The notes under the pieces: generated by a model
Seen by the model: only the letters and a program-made list of their open reading frames with translations
The model's database searches: none
What the model was told of the DNA's origin: nothing
Assembly: GCA_051294375.1 (NCBI GenBank)
Contig: JBJCIZ010001078.1
Location: 1 to 14,251, forward strand
Direction of reading: 5' to 3'
Length of the DNA stretch: 14,251 nt
Origin: Paraspadella gotoi
Taxonomy: Eukaryota > Animalia > Chaetognatha
Shown: positions 1-10,639 of the stretch, in pieces
Position numbering within the stretch: position 1 is the stretch's first letter
Layout of the letters: every line of letters starts with the position of its first letter
Translations under genes and position numbers: made by a program

Positions 1-729
1 CTTTCCCTACCCTCTCTCCCCCCTTCTCTCCCTCTCCCTGCTTCTCTCTCCACTCAGTAACCTCCATTCCCGATATTAATTCCTTTGCCTCAAATACTCG
101 AGACTTAAAGCCCTTTGCCCTTTAAGCCCTTAAAACCTAAACCCACCTCAGTGCTTAAGTCTCGCTGGAGAGTTTAAGCCCTCTAATATTGCTTTTCCCG
201 TTCACTCAAACCTTCTCTCCCTTCAGAGGGACGCTTTCTCGGTCCCTTTGCTCTTGTGGTTCTGTAGTGTGACGAGGCCCCGCCCTTTGTTGTGTGTAGA
301 ACCTCGCCCTATATTCCCCCGCCACTAACTCACCCCCAACCACCACGGACAACACCCCACTCCACCCACACGCAGGTCCCTCCCTCATCCACCTTCCACC
401 TTCCAATTTTTCCGCTCGATTTCTTTTTCCTTCTTTCGGTTGATCGAAGATTACAGGTCATCCACATTAACATCAGACGCCATCGCGAGGTCTTTTTTCG
501 TTGTCCCTCGGACTCTCTAACAGTCGGTCTCCGTAAAACAAGTCGTTTGAATAAAAATAAAAAGGCTAAGTTTAAAAACCATCCTTTGTCCAGTAAGTTG
601 TGCTTTGTTAAAAATGGCAAAGAAACCCCTTAGCTTTTCCCGTTAAACAAAACGTTTTTTGTACTGAGAGGTCTAATGCATTTTGTTGCTAAGCTCGAAG
701 CGTCTCCCTCCAACTACAGGGCAGAACAA

Positions 730-1410
730 TTACCGACATGACTTCTCTTTTTTGTTAAAATGCAAAATTCTGTCCGGGCCAGGTTTTTTTGTTGTCGTTG
801 TCGTTGCGTCTATTCTTTCCTCTCCCTTCATTGAAAGTCCTGAAATTTTCCGGGTCCTTTTCCTCTCGAATTTTCGTACTGATGACTCGGCCTGCGTCTT
901 CATCGTCGTTGTCTCGTCGTCGTCGCGTCCTTTTTTTCTCTTATCATTCTCATCACATTTCGCTTCCTTTTTGTCATCGTCGTCATCGTCCTTTGTCGTC
1001 GTCTCATCTGTTGGATTTTCTTTCATCTTCATCTGCTTCCTCTCCTCCTCCTCCTTCCTCCTCCTTACTCCTCCATTTTCTCTTCGAGGTGTCGACCAAT
1101 TTTAGAGACGCTCTCCAATTTCTCGATTCGTCTTTTCTGCCTTTGACGTCGGCTTCATCTTTCCATTCGTCTTGTTACCATTTGCCATCATGATCCCAAA
1201 TCACATCATTTGCCACCAATCCGTCCTATTCCATCAATGAGCCAAAGAAGTCTCATCATCCATTCCTTTTTCCATTGCTATTTCAAACCAACGTTCTTCA
1301 TTGTCATCATTTTGTCATAACCGTTCAAATGCCAACAATTCAGCGATAATTGGCTGCAACGCTTTGATCACAAACTGAATTGGGTCGCTCTTATTGCGTT
1401 CAGCAATCCT
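730..1410 (-). pseudogene. Disrupted coding-like segment for an acidic/charged low-complexity protein (degraded exon or error-rich assembly)
   Basis: Minus-strand fragments RIAERNKSDPIQFVIKALQPIIAELLAFERL, QNDDNEERWFEIAMEKGMDDETSLAH, QDEWKDEADVKGRKDE, EEADEDERK and KDDDDDDKKEAKCDENDK. They are broken by stops and frame changes and preceded by a possible acceptor (TTCATAG) near 1409. No family recognised. Confidence 0.35.
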
Positions 1411-2149
1411 ATGAATTTACGTATTTAGTTTTTCGCCGATTTTCGAGTTAAAAGCGGTGTTAAACGGTTTATTGTAAATAATGACACAGTTTACACAAAT
1501 TATCACTCGCAATTTGCAACGATGCAAAAATAAACCTTTCAATTTGTTGTCCTCGTAATTTGTTTTTTTAGTTTCTCTTATTCCGCACGTTTTTTCGCTT
1601 CCCTTGTTTCGGTCAGTGGCGGGCAATCGACGTGAACGGTGTCTAACCCCTCTACCCGCCCCTGCTCCAATGCCTCTTTATCTTTCGCTCCTTCACCCTG
1701 TTCACTTTTGAACTTCGACTCCGCTAGTTTTTCCCTCTCCTTTTTCGATACTGATCATTTCATGGTAATTCCGCAGTTGCGCTCTTCAATCTCATATATA
1801 GGAATATCCAGCAATTCAAAAATTATGAATCAAATGGAATCGATGGAATCGCATGGAACCACTTGGAAACGGAATCGGAGACTCCGGGGAAGAAATCACC
1901 GAATAGGAATCAAGCTTTTTGTATTTGGTCGAACTCAGATGAACCGCAATAGGGATGGCTTCCATCCGCCGGGATTATTTAATTATCTAATATAAAAAAT
2001 AAAATAACAAATTAAGAATTTTTGAATAATAAATAATAAATCAGCGCAGTGAAACGAAGAGATTCAAATGAAGCGAAAAATCCTTTTCTCTCTTTGACCC
2101 ACCAATAAAGCTCATCATATCATTAACGGAAACGAGCGACGCCGTAAAA

Positions 2150-2665
2150 GAGCAACGCCTTGTGAAAATCGAGGGTAACGCCATCGATCGATCTAGGGCA
2201 AACGCCATCATGCAATTGATGGACACGCCATCTGCAATCAAGGTGCAACGGAATCTGAAATTGAGGGCAAACGTCATCTGCATCAAGCGAAACGGCATAT
2301 GAATGGACGACAACGCCATCTGAACCAGGCGCAAACGGTATCAGAAATTGAGTTGGCAACGCCAATCTGCAATCAAAGCGCACACGTATCTGACAATAGA
2401 AGGAAATGCTGCTCCGAATTGAGGGCAACGCCATCTTCAAAACAAAAGGGACCACGCCATCTTCATTGGAGTAACGCCATCTTATGAAATTGAACGTAAC
2501 GACATCCTTGCAATCGAGGGCGATGCCATCTGTAATTGGAATATGTACGCCATCTAAAATCCATAGAAGATGGCATCTGAAATGAGGTCAACCGCTATTT
2601 GTAAATTATGGTTACGCCATCTGCAATCGAGGGAAACGCCATCAGCAATCGGGAGTACGCACCAA
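2150..2665. repeat. Degenerate ~22-bp minisatellite, roughly 22 copies
   Basis: Approximate consensus GAGGGCAACGCCATCTGCAATC. The core ACGCCATC recurs throughout, and units end in either TGCAATC or TGAAATT. Confidence 0.9.
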
Positions 2666-2940
2666 CGAACGACCAGGCCAAGAGGAGAAGAAGTCAAATA
2701 ACTTAATGCTCTTTGACGACGAGGAGGCGTGACGGCCGTGGACAATGGGTGCGTACTTTCAGGAATTCCAGTGTAGGAAGTTGTAGAAGAGAGAAATGGC
2801 AGAATACTATGTCAATGCAAGAAGCAGCAAAAAGTAGAATTATGGCAATACCATACAGGATGGGTAACAAACAACTAATGTATGGCAATACCTCCGGATT
2901 ATATGAAGCAAGAAAATCAAATTAAAAAAAAAAGCTTAAA

Positions 2941-2954
2941 TCTCTCGCTCCTCT

Positions 2955-2985
<31 letters not shown>

Positions 2986-3019
2986 TCTCGATCTCTCTCT
3001 CGGTTCCTCTCCCTCTCTT
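2941..3019. repeat. Imperfect (CT)n microsatellite preceded by an A-tract
   Basis: Read directly; the A-run is at about 2924-2934. Confidence 0.92.
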
Positions 3020-3461
3020 TTTTTCCGTCCTCTTTCGCGACAGATGTTCTGCCCAATAAATGGCAGGAAAGTGCTTCTACTCCAGAATAGTTTGTTTCTT
3101 AGCAACAGGGAAAAAATCCGATTGTTTGTTTTTTCCGCCCGAAAGAGAAAACATTTATTCCCGCAAGATACAAATTTCTGGCATCCAAAATTAGGAGGGG
3201 TTTTTTATTGCAAAAGAATCCAAGCATAAGATTCTTTTTCCATGAAACATATCTTTGCGGGCTTAATTTCTATACTATCTACTGCGCGAAAAATGATAAT
3301 AATAAAATATAATGCTGAAACGGTAGAACAAATTATCAAATAATCGTTAAAAAAATTATTTTTGTTTAATTATGTTTTTATTTCCAAAATTAAAAAATTT
3401 CCCGAATTGAAAATTTCCATACATTAGGAAAAGTAATTTACGGGTGGAACGAGGTAGGGAG

Positions 3462-3465
<4 letters not shown>

Positions 3466-3534
<69 letters not shown>
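3466..3534. repeat. Perfect (AG)n microsatellite, about 34 units
   Basis: Read directly from the sequence. Confidence 0.98.
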
Positions 3535-3537
<3 letters not shown>

Positions 3538-3954
3538 ATTGGTATTCAAGATGCGTGGGATTCTCCTTTTTTTTGCCTAAGGCCTTGTCACAGGCAGTAT
3601 TTTGATTTGGTATTTTTCAACATGAATGAAACTTAAATAACTGATTATTTCTTTTTTCCCACTGAATAAAATGAACACGTCTTTATTAAAAAAACGGTGC
3701 AATAGTATTTCTCCTATGACATAGAACCACTGGTGTGAATTTCTATGCTTTCAAAATACTCCGGTAAGACATCGATTTCTTACGCAATTCATTCTAATTA
3801 CGTATCTGCCATAACAAGATGAAACTAAAACGGATTTTTCATTGAAAGGGGAAACTTTTAAATTTATAAATTGCTCGTCAGATCTATCGCGTTTTGTAGA
3901 TATGACTACTGCTTTAGGCACAAACAATGGCACGGTATATTTTTAAAACTGTTT

Positions 3955-4292
3955 CCTTTTTTTATTCCACTATTTTTTCTCTCTTAACCTTTCTCTCTGC
4001 TCTTTCTTTTTCCTCTTTCTCTCGTCTCTTCTCTCCCTTTTCATACTTTTCTGTCCTCATATTTCTCGTGGTCATCCCTTCTTTTCTTCTTAACCTTTAT
4101 TTCCCTTCCTCTCAATCTCTTGTTTTCTCTCCCTCTCTGGATTCTCTTTCCCCTTTTTCTTATCTTTTCTTTTCTCTCAATTGTCTCGGTTTCCCCCCTC
4201 ATCCCCATATATTAATTCTTTCCCACTCTTTTTCCCTCTCCCCTTCAATTTTTCACCCATTCTCTCTCTTCTCACATCTTTTCCTCATTCTC
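3955..4292. repeat. Polypyrimidine low-complexity tract
   Basis: Overwhelmingly C/T on the + strand. This explains the S/L/F-rich ORF at 3927-4301. Confidence 0.85.
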
Positions 4293-4329
4293 ACAATGTA
4301 AGAAAAAAATATAGGTAGTGTATGATTTA

Positions 4330-4352
4330 GCGGAAGTTGGTTGCCTAGCAAT
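4330..4352 (+). promoter_or_regulatory. Adjacent ETS-type site and RFX X-box-like motif
   Basis: GCGGAAGT at 4330-4337 and GTTGCCTAGCAAT at 4340-4352, one mismatch from the X-box GTTGCCTAGCAAC. Confidence 0.4.
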
Positions 4353-4359
4353 GTTAAAA

Positions 4360-4408
4360 AATCGACAGATTTTTCGGAAAATTTTTTTCCGCAAAAAACC
4401 TGTCGATT
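4360..4408. repeat. Imperfect 49-bp palindrome
   Basis: Outer arms AATCGACAG / CTGTCGATT are perfect over 9 bp, inner arms are CGGAAAA / TTTTCCG, and a T-run pairs with an A-run between them. Confidence 0.8.
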
Positions 4409-5821
4409 GAGAGAAATTAATCTGCTGACGTTTCCCCTTTCAGATAAAAGAAGCGGTTTTTTTTAATTTCTGTCAACTTTAGATGTTTCTCGCGTATTAA
4501 ACTACTAAAAATAAGTGTAAAAACCGATTTTAGTTCAGAAGAAAACCCACTCACAAATCCTCACAACAATTAAAAGTAGGCTAAAAAATTTTTTCCAGCT
4601 AAAGTATAAATATGTTTGCCGCCTAATTTTTTAGGTACCAGAAGCACCAACAATGGGAATATGTTGTTTAGAAATTTGTGGACAATTTTGAAAGTACTTT
4701 TTCGTTTAACAAATTGTAATAAAATGTAAAATGTAAGTTTTTGACTAAGTCAATTAAAATTAATTCAATAGGCAAACAAGTAGATGATTAACAGTCAAAT
4801 GAACCAACTCAGATGGTAAAGAAGATAAGAAGGACGAAAGCCAGAGTAGAAAAATTTTTTCTTCAATGATCTTGGCATTCAAATCTCAAGACAAAATCAA
4901 AATGACCAAAAAATGGACATAATTTTTTTATTAAAAGTTAGCAAAAATGTCATTGATTCTAATTAGAAAATGCATTCAGAGGATTTCAATTAATCCCGTA
5001 GAATAGCCAACTTGTCTTAGAGTTAAAAAATTTAATCATTTTTGTGGTAATATTCTAAACAATATGAAAAAAGTGGTTTTTTGCTAAAATTCCTAGATAG
5101 AATCCACTCCCACAGAAGAAGCCAAGAATTCGTAATTTTTAATTTTCGTTTTTAACCCAATCCTAAGTAAACTTTTATTATTTTAAAAATTTACTGTATA
5201 TTTGATTAATGTGACTTTAAAAAAACGGCATGGCCATTATATGATTGAAGATCAGTATTCATTAAATTAAACACATTATCGAGCTGTATTACTATCTACA
5301 ATCAATAAAAAAGTATTTTATCGGCGAAAAGAAATAAAATTTAAAAATTTTAAGATTAATTTTCTTTTCAATTAAAAAAAAAGTCGAATCAGAAAAATCC
5401 ACAAAAAAAAATGTTTCATAAATATATTTTTTTTTTTCTTTTCTTTGTCTGAAATTCTGCTTCGTTTGCCGTTTGATATTTGATGTCAAATTCAGAAGTG
5501 TTTATTTTTCGACTTTCACCTCGTTGCTGTTTTCATTTCGTATGTTGTTCAATATTACAATATTTTCATGTTTCGGTTATCAGTCATAAATATATTAAAT
5601 TGAAATAATCAACTGTTTGAAAAGGATAAATGGCTTTTTTATAAATTTAAATTAAAAACTATGATTGTTAAACGTTATGAACTAAATATAAGATTATATA
5701 TAATAACATTTGACAGAACGAAAATCAATTGAAAGTTTTTTACTTCTTTGAGGACAGAAATTTTAGGCTTCAAAACGTCACAAGAATAATTCATTCGTGA
5801 ATATTTTTTTTTGACAAACAA

Positions 5822-5829
5822 AGAGAGAG

Positions 5830-5888
<59 letters not shown>
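5822..5888. repeat. (AG)n microsatellite, about 33 units, one interruption
   Basis: Read directly; there is an AA interruption near 5846. Confidence 0.98.
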
Positions 5889-5893
<5 letters not shown>

Positions 5894-6974
5894 TATAATT
5901 CATTTATCTCATTGATTTATTTCTAATGCATTGTTGTAGAGGCAGAACGTCTCGAGCGTCCGACGCCCAAGATCGATATCTTTGTCTCGTAGTTTCCCGA
6001 TTTCCGATCGAGAGTCGCGTCGACGAATAAATTTGAGGAAGGAAGGAAAAAAATGGTTGACGAGGCTATTCTGGTTATTTTAAATGACATTTTGAATTTT
6101 GAATTTGTAGAATTTTTTAGTTGCCTCGAAAATATGATACGAGGTTTGAACGTTTTCACGATACGTTTTTAATTAGTTCATAACTCAATTTTCTCTATGG
6201 ACACGTTATTTGTTCATAAACAATTTTACTTTCGCGTGACCGGGGGTTTTGCCTTACTTTGGAAAAAACTACTTAAAAATATCCTCATTTAACAAAAAAG
6301 CGTAAACCTTAATCCTAAACCCACCCCCTAACCCAGATCGGGGAAAGTAAGAATTACTTAAAATTAATGTAAATAAAACATTTAAAATAGTGTTAAGTCC
6401 TTAATCGTCGTCAGCCAAATAAATATTTAGTATTAGGCCGAGAAAGCTTAAATAATAATAAATAGTTAAACATTTAAGCTCACAAGTAAATCTCCCAAAA
6501 CTGATTGTGCTATTACATTGTTTACCATAGTACTTTTCACCGTTAACACGTTTACCGAAAACACGGTTGTGCTCCTAAAATTCCTTTGTTTTTGTTTTAT
6601 TGTTGCGCCGATTTTCGCTGCCAAATTTGGTCTGTGTTCCAACTTTTGGACAGCCAAAAATAAATTAAGGAAAACTCAACAACGCAACTTGTTGTGTTTC
6701 ATTCTTCATACGATATTTCTGAATAAGCATTAAAATAAAAAAACTATCAGTCTTATATTTTTTGGATTGAAAAAATATAATTTTGTACCAAGTTGGTTTT
6801 TCGTAAGTCCTTACGATTTTTAGCCATTTTGTTCCAATTTTTTAGAATAAAAATGAATGTTTCTATTCTTAATTCTAGCTGGACTTTCCTTTTTTAGCAA
6901 AAAAAGTACTTTAGGTCTTTATACCTAATTTCGTTCTCATGCCCAGGTCCCGTCTGAGCTGTCTAACCCTCTAA

Positions 6975-7295
6975 ACCTCTCTTTATCTTCTCTTATTCTT
7001 ATTCTTTTTCCTTCTCTTCGACTACAGGTGGCTCCCACTCCCATCACTCTTTTCTTTCTTTTATCTTTTTTCTTTCCTTTTTAGAAATAAACTTTTTAAT
7101 TGTTTTATTTTTTATCTATGAAGAATAACTTTCGCCTCTCTCTCTCTCTCTTCTCTCTCTCCTCTCTCTCTCTCTCTTCTCTCTCTCTCCTCTCCCTCTC
7201 CCTCCATTCCGTCTTTCTCATTTTTCTATTATGTTCCATTCCTTTTTTTTATTACTTTCCTTCTGCCTCTTTTGCTTCCCTTGCTTCCTTTGCAT
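6975..7295. repeat. Polypyrimidine / imperfect (CT)n region
   Basis: CT core at about 7136-7203 inside a broader C/T-rich tract. Confidence 0.85.
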
Positions 7296-7615
7296 GCTTT
7301 CCCACCTCATGCCCCGGTCACCAATCATTTCTCCCATTAATTTTTTCTCAAAATCCTTTTCTTCGTGTTTCCATCTTTGTTTTCCTCGATTTGTTCTTCC
7401 GATTGCCTATATGCCTATTCTCAATTTGTTATTTTTTTGGCGTTTTTCACTTTCTTTTCCTTTCATTATGATGTGAATTTGTTGTTCACTTTTCTTCAGG
7501 GAACCAATAAATTTAAATTCCATTTTCTGAGAAAAAAAATGTTCGTTTGGACGAAAAATAAATTTAGCCCAACTTAGACAAGTTTGCCTATATCAAGCAT
7601 AAGTTGACAAGTTTG

Positions 7616-7893
7616 CCATTTCACTTCTCAAATTAACATTGCACCATTCTAACATTCACCATTCAAAATTCCACCATTCAAAATTCAATCATTAACATTC
7701 ACCATTCAACATAAACCATTTTTACATTCACCATTTTACATTCCACCATTAAACATTCGTCATTTAACATTAGCAATTTAACATCACAATTTACATTCAT
7801 CAATTCAATCACCATTCTCATTTAACATTCATCTTTTAACATCAACAATTTAACATTCATCAATTAAAATCACCATTCACCATTTAAATTCAC
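7616..7893. repeat. Degenerate ~14-bp tandem repeat
   Basis: AACATTCACCATT(C/T)-like units recur head-to-tail, with almost no G on the + strand. Confidence 0.88.
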
Positions 7894-7968
7894 TATTTCC
7901 ATTTATATCTACGTGTGTTTCGCGAAACTTCAAAGGAAAAAAAAAAGTTTCGTTTTTTTAGGACGAAA

Positions 7969-8343
7969 TTTTTTTTTCTCTCTCCTCTCTCTTTCTCTTC
8001 TCTCCTTTCTCCTCTTATCTCTCTCTCTCCTTCTCTCTCCCTCTCTCTCTTTCTCTCTCGACGAATGTCGAACAATAAATTACGAGGAAAACCATGTCAA
8101 ACCAAGGAGAACTTGCTTCACCCACTTTTTCCGTTTTCGCCTCAGGAAATTAACGCAATTAACGTTCTCTCTCTCTCCTCTCCTCTCTCTCTCTCTTCTC
8201 GTCTCTCTCCGCTCTTTTATTCTTTCTCTCTCTCTCCTCCTCTCTCTCCTCTCTTCTCTCTCTCTCTCTCTCTCCCCGCTTTCACTCTCCCACGTGTCCT
8301 CGTCCGTTGATTCCGGTTCGCGGCTCTTCCTCCTCTCTCTCTT

Positions 8344-8374
<31 letters not shown>

Positions 8375-8404
8375 TCCTCTCTCTCTCCTCTCTCTCTCCT
8401 CCTC
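7969..8404. repeat. Three imperfect (CT)n blocks separated by short unique islands
   Basis: CT blocks at about 7977-8059, 8165-8276 and 8324-8404. Confidence 0.92.
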
Positions 8405-8540
8405 AAAACACGCGGTTTGCTTTGATCTTTTCGTTCACCTGAATCTATTTTACATTGAGTCGGAAAAAAGATTTTCCTCTTCTCAGGTTTTTATCTTTCC
8501 AGCTAAAATCCACAACTCAAATCATTATGTCACAACGCTT

Positions 8541-8662
8541 AAATCTCTTGTCATTTGTCAGTCAGCAACCGTGTCATCTCCTGTCAATCTCGTCAACACC
8601 CTACATCTCCTGTCAAATCTCCGTCAGAAACCGTGGTCATCTCCTTGTCATTCTACGTCTCC
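8541..8662. repeat. Short degenerate TCTCCTGTCA-type repeats, including a ~35-bp block repeated about 62 bp apart
   Basis: TCAGCAACCGTGTCATCTCCTGTCAATCTCGTC (~8562) compared with TCAGAAACCGTGGTCATCTCCTTGTCATTCTACGTC (~8624). Confidence 0.7.
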
Positions 8663-8964
8663 AGTGTATCATCTCAGCGTCTATTCATTTTCGTTTCTAA
8701 TCGTTTCATCTTCCCAGCTCCTTACATTTTTTTTCAATAACTCGCCTCATTTAGTTTCACGTTCACATCATACCCATCTCCTCTCGTCTCGTCGACCTGG
8801 GTGTCGTCCGCGGTCTCACCTTCTCTCTACCGTGACATCTCTGTCATCGCATGACAAGCTTCTGTCACGATTTACACGCCACAATTGAATCCAAAATCTA
8901 AACTCGACTTTGGTAAGATCTGATGGATTCGAATATGGGAGATGAAAACCCCCGCAATTTGTGA

Positions 8965-9260
8965 TCGCAAAGCAATCGTCGAGTTGCTCTCGTCCAGGCA
9001 ACCAATGCAAAGCCAATCTGTGCTTTGTCATACGCCAATGCTGAAGCCAACTGTGTATGACTTTCACTGCCCCATTACAATCAATCAGAGCCCAATGAAC
9101 TCAAATGCTTATACTCTTTCATTACGCCATTGCAGACGCCAATCTTTGCTTTGTCAGGCTGCCAAGGAAAATGCACTCTGTGCCTTTGTCATACCCCATT
9201 CAGATGCGAATCTTTGCTCTCGTCAGTGCGTCAATTAAACGCCAAATAACTGTGCCCTTT
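8965..9260. repeat. Degenerate ~33-bp tandem repeat
   Basis: Recurrent GCCAATCT(G/T)TGCTTTGTCATACGCCA(A/T)TGCAGA-like units, for example near 9012, 9138, 9173 and 9206. Confidence 0.7.
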
Positions 9261-9461
9261 CAAGCTCATTAGCAGGACCCCAATCTCCACTCCAATCTAT
9301 TGTATTACCTCCATCGGAAACCATTTCATTTTCAATCCCACTCAAATGAGAAAAAAATTTCTGACTCATATAGGGTCATCAACTTTGGCGTGAAAAACCC
9401 CACAGAACTCCGAAGAGGACGACGCCTCTACAGCAATCCCACTGGACCCACATATATATTA

Positions 9462-10312
9462 AACTCTCAAACACCATACTTTTCCACACATATGACACTC
9501 AATTTTATCCAAAACACCATACTTATTCAACACTAATGCACTCAATTATATCTCTAAACACCTTACTTATCCACACATAATGACACTCATTATACCTCTA
9601 AAACACCATACTTCTTCCACACATAAATGAATCAATTACCTCAAACACCATACTTATTTCACACTATGACACTCAATTACCCCTTAAAAACCACCATAAT
9701 TCACCCCACAATGACACTCATATTTTCTCTAAACACCATAATTTCCACACAAGTAGACACTCAATTTATCTTTAATACCAAACTATTCCACACAAATGAC
9801 ACCTCAATTTTACTCCTTAAAACACGCATAACTTTTCCACACATAATGACCACTCAATTTTACCTTAAAACACTACTCTACTTTTTCACACATTGAACAC
9901 TCATATTACCTCATAAAACACCATATCTTTTCCCCACAAATGACACTCAATTTATATCTCTATTAAACACCAACTCCCACACATAGTGACACTCAATTTA
10001 GTACTTTAAAATACCAACTTCTCACACTACATAATACACCAATTTTATCTTAAAACACCATACTTGTTCCACACATAATGACATCAATTTAATCTGCTAA
10101 AACACCGTATTACTTTTCCAGCACATAGACACTCATTACTCTAAAACCCATACCTTTTCACACATAAGGACACTCATTTATCTCATAATAACCACCATAC
10201 ATTTTACCACTACATAATGGGACTTCAATATACTACTCTAAAACACCATACTTTTTCACACAATAATGACATTCATTTATCATCTAAAATACCATACTTT
10301 ATCCACACATAA
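9462..10312. repeat. Degenerate ~45-bp tandem satellite, about 19 copies
   Basis: Approximate consensus AAAACACCATACTTTTCCACACATAATGACACTCAATTTATCTCT, head-to-tail with many small indels. Very G-poor on the + strand. Confidence 0.95.
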
Positions 10313-10639
10313 TCCAGACATCGCCACACTCTTATCTCCTTTCCTCCACCTCAATCAATCTGCAATCTAACGTCCGGGCGTTCGGTATTGCACCTGAGCA
10401 ATTTCCCGATTATTGGCCAACCTGTACGACGAAATCATGGCTCAATCGCCATCATGCGAGTTTTTCATCTTAGCGACAATCGTTTATCGTCACAAACGAA
10501 CAGTATGTCCATCGATATCGTCGTTTACAGTACGTCGTTCACTCGTCTTTCATGCTGTTTTATTAATTTTGTTTTATGTTTTAATTGTATCTTACGCTTT
10601 TCTATCTCATCATACTTATTCTTTCATAACATCACACTT

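Noticed and set aside
100-185. Telomeric repeat array
   Set aside because: Only a few irregular TAAAGCCC/TAAACCC-like words, also seen near 6305-6335, with no regular tandem array.
2041-2745. Repeat-protein CDS in the 22-bp array
   Set aside because: The unit length is not a multiple of three, and the frames break repeatedly.
2713-2934. Retroposed gene fragment (70-aa ORF ending at an A-tract)
   Set aside because: No recognisable protein and no target-site duplication found. The only structure is a 12-bp internal repeat, TATGGCAATACC.
7100-8888. S/L/F-rich and E/R-rich ORFs resembling membrane or coiled-coil proteins
   Set aside because: Translations of (CT)n/(GA)n and pyrimidine tracts. 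The same applies to 2882-3229 and 3927-4301.
9462-10312. CRISPR array
   Set aside because: Units are contiguous with no unique spacers, there are no cas genes, and the context is eukaryotic. It is a satellite.
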